From a virus, in IMG/VR virus record IMGVR_UViG_3300021963_000097, positions 1 through 64,000 of that record: a stretch of DNA of 64,000 bases; one strand, 5' to 3'. Of this stretch, positions 56,221 to 64,000 are shown in pieces. Within the stretch, counting starts at the first letter, position 1; each line of letters starts with the position of its first letter. The notes under the pieces were generated by a model. The model ran no database searches and was not told the DNA's origin. It saw only the letters and a program-made list of their open reading frames with translations. A program made the translations under genes and the position numbers.

Positions 56221-56970
56221 ATGGCTACCGAAGTAAGAACATTCGATCTTTATAATACTACTAAGTACTGGGTAGGGTATACTATTGACGGATATGAATT
56301 AGAACAAATAGTAGCACAGCAGTACTATACTGTACAATTTAATTCTAATCCTATTGGCGCTGCTATTGAGTTTTTCCTAGCAATTCCGCAAATATCCTTA
56401 AATTATTTTTGGAAAAAATATTGGTGGGATGAAGCTACATATTATTCTAATCCATTAATACTGAGCGGAGTGAGTCTTAGTGCTTCTAATTATTATCAAT
56501 CTTTTTCAGAAAGCGTAGGTACTCTTTACTATATATCCCGTTTTAACAACTTAAATAATACACAGACAAAACCATACAGCCCAGTAATATCTCGTTTGAT
56601 ACGCGCGGATATATCCAGTGCAATTGATAGCTTTTATAGTGTAGCTAACAGTTTGTTTGTGGCTAATATAGTTAATATCGGGCCGACTGGTACAGATACA
56701 AATCCAAATAATGGAAATCTTATAATGGCTGACACTGATTTAACTCGTAGAATTACATCTAATAATTCTCTTACAGCTACTGTTAATAGCTCTTATAGCA
56801 GCCTTTCTAGCTTCTTACCTTATAATACAAACGTAATTGGTAACTTACTCACTCCTTACTATTGGCAGTTAAGTGCTAATAATGAAGATACGATTATTAC
56901 TGTAGACTTTAACAATAATAATGTTAATACTATTAAACAGCTCACCACTTACACGCTAATAGCTAACTAA
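56221..56970 (+). CDS. hypothetical baseplate-region protein
   Basis: 249 aa; TAAGTA upstream; stop overlaps the gp5 start. Confidence 0.6.
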   Translation: MATEVRTFDLYNTTKYWVGYTIDGYELEQIVAQQYYTVQFNSNPIGAAIEFFLAIPQISLNYFWKKYWWDEATYYSNPLILSGVSLSASNYYQSFSESVGTLYYISRFNNLNNTQTKPYSPVISRLIRADISSAIDSFYSVANSLFVANIVNIGPTGTDTNPNNGNLIMADTDLTRRITSNNSLTATVNSSYSSLSSFLPYNTNVIGNLLTPYYWQLSANNEDTIITVDFNNNNVNTIKQLTTYTLIAN

Positions 56971-58970
56971 TGAACAAATACGATTCAACATACCTAGGCA
57001 TTGTAGTGCAAAATAACGATCCGGAGTATCGTGGTCGAGTAAAGGTATGGGTTCCGCATATTAATGGCGCTATATACGATAAATGGTATGCAGCTAAAAA
57101 AGACCGCTCATATAAGTTTCCTGGTCTTAATTTAGAGTCTGATTTAAACTTAATTATAGACGAATTAAAAGAAAACTTACAATGGGCTGAATACAGCGCT
57201 CCTTTGTTAGGAGCTAGTTCCTCTGGGTTGTATAATGCCTTTTATAGTACTGGTTCAGTTTCTGATGCAACCTATCAACTCAGTCTTTCGGGGTCTACAT
57301 TTGCAAGTACTGTATCTGCTCTAAGGCTTAATGAAGAAAAAATGGGGGAAAAGCCCGGCGCAGTATATGAAAAATACGGGACTAAACTAACAGACGCGTT
57401 TACTGACACTACAGTTAATAATACTAACACAGTTAATCCTAATGGAGCTAATTACCGCCCGTCTACCTACTCTAATGCTGCTAAAGGGGTATTTTCAGTA
57501 CCTAATGTAGGCGCTCACGTTTGGGTATTCTTTAGAGACGGAATACCTTACTACCCGGTTTATATGGGGTACAGTTTAGGAGAAGATGATTTTAATAGTA
57601 TATTTCAATCTGAAGACGGTTCATATCAAGACTACCCTCAAACATTTGAAAGTGTTAGTAAGATTGGACGTCCTGCAGAAGATGTTAACACTATAACGTA
57701 CCGCAACAAAATGGTTATTAACCAACGCGGTGCTGCTATAGAAATAATTAACACCAGTGATAGAGAGCGTTTTAAGGTAACTAGCTTTGCCGGTGGTTAT
57801 CTAGAGTTAGGTAATGATTATAATGCCCTATTTAACCCTAAGAACTTTCAGTTATTAACCCAGAAAGATAAATACGAAACCGTAAGAGGCCATAGTAATC
57901 TTTTTATTGGTAGAGATAATGATAATGTAATAAAAGGAGATTACTTTTTAAAGGTAGGCTCTTTAAATAAAAGCGCTTTAGATAATTGGGTTACTGCATA
58001 TACCGCTATTGCTACTATACTAGCTAAACCAGAAACTGAGGACAAGAGCAATTTAGTAAGCACAGTAGCTGCACAAGCTGATTCTCTAGCAGCTGCAGAA
58101 GCTCAACTCGGGTTTGGTGGTAACTATATAGAGACAATTACTAAGCATAAATTTAGTAATGTAGGATTAGTATTTAATACTTTTGCAAGTACCAGATACA
58201 ATGGTACAAATAAAACAATAACCAATTATAGAAACGTCATTTCTGGTGGTACTGGTATAGTTACAACCACTATAAACGCTATTGAGTATACCCATATCGA
58301 TGATATGCCTGGTGGAAATCTTACTGAGACGGTAGGTAATAGATGGAGTATGTTGGTAGGTTCGGGTGGTATAGATATAAAAACAACAGGACCAGTTAAT
58401 CTCGGTGGTACTATAATGGCATTAGCAGGTAAGCAAGTCAACGTTGCTTCTTCTGATGACATGAACATCGATGGCGGTACTAACCTATCAATTATAGCTG
58501 ATATAATGTCTATTAGAAGTAGATCCCGTAATCAAGTGGTAATAGATGATAACTTGGGTATTAGTAAGAATGTAGTTATTGGCGGTGGTACATACACAAA
58601 CGGTGAAGTGTTTTTACAGCATGTTACTGCGCCAGTAGAATTTCAAGTGACTGAATCTACTAAAATAACAGATACTGGCTATACTATAATCGACGCAACG
58701 ATCTCTAAAACGGCTGGTGGTAATATTGTGAGCGGGGATGTTGTAAAAATTGAAGGGGGTACATTAACTATAAACCAACCACACACCCATTACTTTAAGA
58801 ACTTGCCGTTAACACTAGTTACAGACGCCGCAGCAGTTAGAACAGCAGCATTGATACTTAACGGTGGATCAGCTGCAGCGTCAGCATCTGCAGCTGCGGA
58901 CCATTACAATACTGCAGGTGGTAATAAGAATAGTAATCCAAACGGACCTATTAACGGGGTTCCAGGTTAA
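56970..58970 (+). CDS. baseplate central spike (gp5/VgrG-like OB fold + beta-helix), no lysozyme domain evident
   Basis: 'GIVVQNNDPE..GRVKV.VP', 'VPNVGAHVWVFF..G....PV..G', tip 'PHTH'. Confidence 0.85.
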   Translation: MNKYDSTYLGIVVQNNDPEYRGRVKVWVPHINGAIYDKWYAAKKDRSYKFPGLNLESDLNLIIDELKENLQWAEYSAPLLGASSSGLYNAFYSTGSVSDATYQLSLSGSTFASTVSALRLNEEKMGEKPGAVYEKYGTKLTDAFTDTTVNNTNTVNPNGANYRPSTYSNAAKGVFSVPNVGAHVWVFFRDGIPYYPVYMGYSLGEDDFNSIFQSEDGSYQDYPQTFESVSKIGRPAEDVNTITYRNKMVINQRGAAIEIINTSDRERFKVTSFAGGYLELGNDYNALFNPKNFQLLTQKDKYETVRGHSNLFIGRDNDNVIKGDYFLKVGSLNKSALDNWVTAYTAIATILAKPETEDKSNLVSTVAAQADSLAAAEAQLGFGGNYIETITKHKFSNVGLVFNTFASTRYNGTNKTITNYRNVISGGTGIVTTTINAIEYTHIDDMPGGNLTETVGNRWSMLVGSGGIDIKTTGPVNLGGTIMALAGKQVNVASSDDMNIDGGTNLSIIADIMSIRSRSRNQVVIDDNLGISKNVVIGGGTYTNGEVFLQHVTAPVEFQVTESTKITDTGYTIIDATISKTAGGNIVSGDVVKIEGGTLTINQPHTHYFKNLPLTLVTDAAAVRTAALILNGGSAAASASAAADHYNTAGGNKNSNPNGPINGVPG

Positions 58971-59014
58971 GTTGAACATAGTTGAATAGTTAGTAAATTC
59001 TTCTATAATATCTT

Positions 59015-60271
59015 ATGGAGGAAACCATTTTTATACAAATTGCTGCGTACCGGGATCCAGAATTAATTCCTACTATAAAAGATTGTATTGCTCGTGCAGC
59101 AAAGCCGGAGAGATTGCATTTCTGTATAGGGTGGCAACATTCTCCCGAGGAAAATATAAACGAGCTTGCTGGTATACCTAATATTGTAATAATAGATATT
59201 CCTCACACCGAGACAAAAGGCGCTTGCTGGATACGCCGGAAAATACAGGAACAGTATAAAGGAGAAAAATACACCTTACAATTAGACTCTCATCATCGTT
59301 TTGTGCAAGATTGGGATAAAGCAGTGGTAAAAATGTATAAAGGGCTGGTAAAAGATGGGTATAAAAAACCCCTACTCACAGCTTATCTGTGTAGTTATGA
59401 TCCTAAAAACGACCCTCAATCTAGATTAAACGAGGCTTGGCAAATTAATTATGATCGTTTCTTACCAGAGGGGCCTATATTTTTAAGACCCTCTACATTA
59501 AAGGGCTGGAAAGAGCTTACTAAACCAGTACCAAGCCGGGCGCTTTCAGCTCACTTTATTTTTACACGGGGGGAATTTTGTAACGAGGTACCTTATGATG
59601 AAGAGCTTTACTTTCATGGAGAAGAGATTTCTTTAGCAGTAAGAGCATATACCCATGGATATGATTTGTTTCATCCTCATATACCGCTTGTATGGCATCA
59701 GTACATCCGCGCTGGATCTAAAAAGCATTGGGACGACCATCAAAATTGGGGTGCACTCAATAGTATTAGTTATAACAGAGTAAAAATACTATTAGGGGTT
59801 GATGGAGAAGATGGCAGTCAAATTAACTATGGCAAATTCGGTCTTGGTACAGAAAGAACTTTACAGCAGTTTGAAAGATATGCCGGGGTAAGCTTTAAAG
59901 ATAGAAAGTTCCATAAAGACGTGGTTTCCGAAACTTTACCACCAGTGAAGTATACAGACGAAGAGACCTTTCAAAAGGAGCTAACATGCATGTATAAATA
60001 CTGTATAGATGTGTATCGGCCAAATTTACTAGAAAACGATTACGACTTTTGGGTGGTGGTGTTTAAAGATAAAGATAATAATAATATGTTTCGTAAAGAT
60101 GCAGATGCCCAAGAAATTGCTACTATTATGAGCTCTGACCCTAACGATAAGTTCGTACATATATGGAGAGAGTTTAATACAGAGTCTAAGCCATATAAAT
60201 GGACTGTTTGGCCGCATAGTAAGTCTAAGGGGTGGGAAACTAAAATTATAGAGAACGAAATTAAATACTGA
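59015..60271 (+). CDS. GT60-like (Skp1-hydroxyproline/polypeptide) alpha-GlcNAc transferase
   Basis: 'IFIQIAAYRDPE', 'KG.CW.R', 'LQLDSHHRF..DWD', 'F.GEEI....RAYTHG.D..HP...WH.Y'. Confidence 0.8.
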   Translation: MEETIFIQIAAYRDPELIPTIKDCIARAAKPERLHFCIGWQHSPEENINELAGIPNIVIIDIPHTETKGACWIRRKIQEQYKGEKYTLQLDSHHRFVQDWDKAVVKMYKGLVKDGYKKPLLTAYLCSYDPKNDPQSRLNEAWQINYDRFLPEGPIFLRPSTLKGWKELTKPVPSRALSAHFIFTRGEFCNEVPYDEELYFHGEEISLAVRAYTHGYDLFHPHIPLVWHQYIRAGSKKHWDDHQNWGALNSISYNRVKILLGVDGEDGSQINYGKFGLGTERTLQQFERYAGVSFKDRKFHKDVVSETLPPVKYTDEETFQKELTCMYKYCIDVYRPNLLENDYDFWVVVFKDKDNNNMFRKDADAQEIATIMSSDPNDKFVHIWREFNTESKPYKWTVWPHSKSKGWETKIIENEIKY

Positions 60272-61539
60272 TGAAAACTGTAAAGAAAAATAATATTAAA
60301 GATAAGATCTTTGTACACCTACCAGCTTATAGAGATCCTGAATTGGTACCAACAATTAAAGATTGTCTTGCGCAAGCAAAATACCCAGAACGAATAGTGT
60401 TTGGTATATGCCGGCAGTACAATGAGAACGATAAGTTTGACAATCTGGATGAGTTTCGGGATAATAAACAATTTAAACTCATCGAGATGGTTTATACCCA
60501 AGCTAAAGGTCTCCCATATGCCCGCAAGCTAATTAACGAGCTCATTACAGACGAAACCTATATATTACAGTTAGATTCTCATCACCGGTTTGTAAAAGAC
60601 TGGGATGATACTCTACAACAGATGCATTTAGGTTTAGAAGAGAAGGGGTTTAAGCCGATTTTAACAGGGTATTTGCCGTACTATACTCCAAAGACCGATC
60701 CTGTGGGGCGGGCCATGGAACCATGGCAACAGCAATTTGTATGCTTTTATCCGCACGGTACCATTTTTATTCGGCCCGCGTTACTTGCAGGGTGGCAACA
60801 AAGAACAGAACCAGTTCCTTCTCGGTTTATATCAGGTCATTTTGCGTTTGCGCGTGCTAAGTGGGCCAAGGACGTAGTGCACGATCCAAATATATATTTT
60901 AGCGGTGAAGAAATTAACTTGACTGTCAGGTCATATACTCATGGGTACGATTTATTTCATCCTCATAAGCTAGTGATATGGCACTCAACTATGCGAGAAG
61001 AACGTGGTGGTATTTTAAAGTGGGATGATGATTCTAAAAACGGGGTAAGATGGGGCGAAATGCAAGATAGTTCTCGCAAGAGAATACGTACGTTATTTAA
61101 AGTTGAAAGTAACTCTGATATTAATTTAACGGGGTATGAATTAGGAACTACGAGAACATTAGCTGATTATGAAGCATATGCAGGTATTAACTTTAAAGAT
61201 AAAACGGTACAAAAATATACCCTAGAGAATGGGTTTCCACCGACCCCGGTTGATAGTCCATGGTCTAAGTCATTTTATCATTTAGTTAATGTATATAATA
61301 CGGAACTACCTGCCAAGGATTACAAATCGATATTAATTGCTTTTGATGATGAAAATGGTATCGGTATTCATTCTAAAAGTATTGAGGGTCAGGAATTACA
61401 GAACTTCTTAAAGGAAGGTAGACCTATTCATTATGAAGAGTATTTTCAATATTTTGATAAAAAGCCAGTTAAAATGGTTGCCTGGGGGTATAGCGAGACA
61501 AGAGGCTGGGCTGAAAGAGTAGAGAAGAAAATTTTATGA
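60271..61539 (+). CDS. GT60-like GlcNAc transferase, paralog
   Basis: Same motifs: 'PAYRDPE', 'LQLDSHHRF', 'GEEI', 'THGYDLFHP'. Confidence 0.8.
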   Translation: MKTVKKNNIKDKIFVHLPAYRDPELVPTIKDCLAQAKYPERIVFGICRQYNENDKFDNLDEFRDNKQFKLIEMVYTQAKGLPYARKLINELITDETYILQLDSHHRFVKDWDDTLQQMHLGLEEKGFKPILTGYLPYYTPKTDPVGRAMEPWQQQFVCFYPHGTIFIRPALLAGWQQRTEPVPSRFISGHFAFARAKWAKDVVHDPNIYFSGEEINLTVRSYTHGYDLFHPHKLVIWHSTMREERGGILKWDDDSKNGVRWGEMQDSSRKRIRTLFKVESNSDINLTGYELGTTRTLADYEAYAGINFKDKTVQKYTLENGFPPTPVDSPWSKSFYHLVNVYNTELPAKDYKSILIAFDDENGIGIHSKSIEGQELQNFLKEGRPIHYEEYFQYFDKKPVKMVAWGYSETRGWAERVEKKIL

Positions 61540-62222
61540 AAAAAGAGCTACAGCTTAATGCTAATAACTTTAAAGTAACTACACATTATTGGAATCATGA
61601 TAGATTAACCCCTGAAGAAAATAGTATACGCAATTACCCTGCACCATGGATACGTAAAACTATTGAATTCCTTAAATTAATTGAAGGTAAAACAGTAGTT
61701 GAGATCGGTTCTACTCGAATGGAGCTTACTCAAAACTGTATTGCTTACCATGATAGTAGTTATAATTTGCTATCTAAAGATGCACCGCCTTGCTGTCAAG
61801 ATGGACATTCTACATATTTTTGGGTCCGTGAGGGGTTTGAAGTACATACAGTAGATATTGATCCGAGATGTAAAGAAATTTTATTATCTCAATACGAGTA
61901 TCATATTAAACAGCCGGTACCTTCTAACTTACATATTCACATACCTCAGGATGGTATTTCATTTTTACAAAATTTTCCAGGCAAAATTGATCTATTATAT
62001 CTAGATGGCTGGGACAAAGGTACGCATGAATATGCTGAAAATCACTTAAAAGCATACATGGCTGCAAAGGATAAGCTCGCGCCAAGACATTTAGTTTCTA
62101 TTGATGATACCGACTTTAATACAGATAGTGCCGGTAAGGATAAACTTTTAACCCCTCACCTAATTAACGAGGGTTATACTCGTTTGCTTTGTGGCCGCCA
62201 AAGTGTGTTTTATAAAGAATAA
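61536..62222 (+). CDS. class I SAM-dependent methyltransferase (Methyltransf_24-like)
   Basis: 'VVEIGS', 'TVDID', 'IDLLYLDG', 'IDDT', 'GK'. Confidence 0.75.
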   Translation: MKKELQLNANNFKVTTHYWNHDRLTPEENSIRNYPAPWIRKTIEFLKLIEGKTVVEIGSTRMELTQNCIAYHDSSYNLLSKDAPPCCQDGHSTYFWVREGFEVHTVDIDPRCKEILLSQYEYHIKQPVPSNLHIHIPQDGISFLQNFPGKIDLLYLDGWDKGTHEYAENHLKAYMAAKDKLAPRHLVSIDDTDFNTDSAGKDKLLTPHLINEGYTRLLCGRQSVFYKE

Positions 62223-62271
62223 CACGGCACACTACAAGTGGCCATATAGATAGTATAGTTTAAATAAAATT

Positions 62272-63075
62272 ATGCCTCAAGTGATTTTAACTCTTACTAC
62301 CATACCAACTCGTTTGCAAGGTACTAATGAGCATGGTTTTAAGGCTTGTATAGATTCTTTATTAAATCAAACATATGAAAATTATGAAATACACTTTAAT
62401 ATACCGGATATAAACAAAATAACAGAAATACCTTATGTTATTCCGGATTGGCTTAATGATTTATCTTTAAAAAATCCCCGTTTAAAAATATTTCGAGTAG
62501 AAGATCTAGGGCCTATTACAAAAATAGTTTCGACTCTACTACGGGTAGAAGATCCAGATGCTATTATTATTACAGTTGATGATGATCTTGTGTATAATAC
62601 TGAAATGGTAAAAGAACAAGTTGCAAACCAATATAAGTTTCCTGGCTGCGCAATTGGGTATGATGGGCTAGGAATTGTAACTCCTGTTTTTAATGATGTA
62701 AGGGATCATTACGTGGTTTCAGTTAACGGCAACCACTTAGTTAAAGTATTGCAGGCCTATAAGACTATTTCTTATCGAAGACATTATTTTCAACAAGATT
62801 ATTTTACAGATTTTGTAGGAAAATCGTGGAATGATGATCTGATTAACGCTGCTTACTTAGCATCAAGAAACATTAAGAGAATGGTTACTTTCCATCCTTC
62901 TGATCCGGTTTTAAAAACAATAGAGGAATGGCGCGCTCAAGGCGGGGTAATAACTTTTCCTGTGCTTAAACATACCTACCATGACTCTTTTGAAGGTTGT
63001 AATATTCTGAGACAAAACAAAGTAGATGATAATGGGTCTTGGGTTTATAAACATATTGAAGGTCAAAAATATTAA
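62272..63075 (+). CDS. GT-A fold glycosyltransferase
   Basis: 'LTTIPTR', 'SLLNQT', 'DLGP.TK', 'ITVDDDLVY', 'DD'. Confidence 0.75.
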   Translation: MPQVILTLTTIPTRLQGTNEHGFKACIDSLLNQTYENYEIHFNIPDINKITEIPYVIPDWLNDLSLKNPRLKIFRVEDLGPITKIVSTLLRVEDPDAIIITVDDDLVYNTEMVKEQVANQYKFPGCAIGYDGLGIVTPVFNDVRDHYVVSVNGNHLVKVLQAYKTISYRRHYFQQDYFTDFVGKSWNDDLINAAYLASRNIKRMVTFHPSDPVLKTIEEWRAQGGVITFPVLKHTYHDSFEGCNILRQNKVDDNGSWVYKHIEGQKY

Positions 63076-63077
63076 TA

Positions 63078-64000
63078 ATGAGTAAAGATTTAACAGTAGT
63101 AACAGGTCTTTGGAATATAAACCGACCCGGACGAGACTTTAATCACTATATTGAGAATTTTAATAAGTTGCTTGATATAGATGTTAATCTTTTCGTTTAT
63201 GTACCAGCCTCGCTAGAACACTTAGTATGGGCTAAACGAAAAAAAGAAAATACGTTTGTAAAAGTTTACGAGCTAGACAACGTAAAAAACCTTTACAGTC
63301 CGTTTTGGGATAAAACTCAAAAAATAAGAACAGACCCAAATTGGTTCAATCAAACTGGCGAGGGTGGTTGGTTGTCTAACAGCCCACAGGCTGTTTGTGA
63401 GTGGTATAATCCAATTGTCATGAGTAAAATGTTCATGCTTCATGATGTTACTATATGGGACCCCTTCTCATCAAAACACTTTATTTGGCTAGATGCAGGT
63501 ATAACAAATACAGTATATGAAAAATATTTTACTGAAAATAGAGTGCTTGATAGTATTAGTTCTTTACTGGATCCGTTTTTATTCCTTTGCTATCCTTACC
63601 ATACTAATAATGAAATACATGGGTTTAAGAAAGACGCTATAGATAAATTTGCTCAAGCGAATGTACAACTAGTCGGTCGCGGCGGGTTGTTTGGGGGTAC
63701 TAAACAAGCTATACATGAAGCAAATGGATTATATTATGCCCTTGTAGATCGTAGTTTATCAGAGGGGTATATGGGTACAGAAGAAAGTATTTTTTCTATT
63801 ATGACCTATTTGTATCCGGAGACGTATAGACGATATATGTTGGATGAAAATGGGCTTATTATTAAGTTTATACAAGAGCTTGCTGATAAAAAACCAGCGT
63901 TAGAGCCAATACCAGAAGAAAGAACCGCTAATAAACACGTAAATGTTGATTTAACTAAAGTTAAAACTGCAATTTATATTCTTACGTTTAATTTCCCGCA
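63078..64000 (+). CDS. HtrL/YibB-like glycosyltransferase (truncated by window end)
   Basis: Translation MSKDLTVVTGLWNINRPGRDFNHY...YNPIVMSKMFML...FIWLDAG...GGLFGG...GTEESIF. Confidence 0.7.
   Translation, partial: MSKDLTVVTGLWNINRPGRDFNHYIENFNKLLDIDVNLFVYVPASLEHLVWAKRKKENTFVKVYELDNVKNLYSPFWDKTQKIRTDPNWFNQTGEGGWLSNSPQAVCEWYNPIVMSKMFMLHDVTIWDPFSSKHFIWLDAGITNTVYEKYFTENRVLDSISSLLDPFLFLCYPYHTNNEIHGFKKDAIDKFAQANVQLVGRGGLFGGTKQAIHEANGLYYALVDRSLSEGYMGTEESIFSIMTYLYPETYRRYMLDENGLIIKFIQELADKKPALEPIPEERTANKHVNVDLTKVKTAIYILTFNFP

Noticed and set aside
1-64000. Stop-codon reassignment, tRNA genes, or introns/inteins in terminase and sheath
   Set aside because: Conserved genes are full length in the standard code with dense coding; no cloverleaf or intein motifs seen by eye (tRNAscan not run).

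Overview
This window is a 64-kb segment of a large T4-like (contractile-tailed) dsDNA phage, about 35-40% GC by eye, standard genetic code. No tRNA, rRNA, CRISPR array or integrase was seen. (1) 1-7.9 kb is an early 'host-takeover' island of about 20 small + strand genes. Most carry their own sigma70-type promoter (TTGCC[A/G]-N17-CATAAT-like) only 6-9 nt before the ATG, i.e. leaderless cassettes. The island also holds two candidate small RNAs, a repeated palindromic motif at both ends, and a 72-codon gene with no cytosine at all on the coding strand. (2) 8-18 kb holds redox/iron accessory genes (flavodoxin-like, 2OG-Fe(II) oxygenase, ferredoxin, FeoA-like), putative head-internal proteins and the terminase large subunit. 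(3) 18-38.5 kb holds a neck protein, seven (Ser-Gly-X)n fibre proteins (three also collagen-like with S74 chaperones) and two 2OG-Fe(II) hydroxylases. (4) 38.5-59 kb holds nucleotidyltransferases, the tail sheath, three tube paralogs and the baseplate. (5) 59-64 kb is a glycosylation operon (two GT60-like GlcNAc transferases, a methyltransferase, a GT-A enzyme and an HtrL/YibB-like protein). The best candidates for undescribed biology are the C-free gene with its divergent small transcript, a phage hydroxylation/O-glycosylation pathway for Ser-Gly/collagen fibres, and window-wide leaderless translation. All family assignments come from motif recognition, not database searches.
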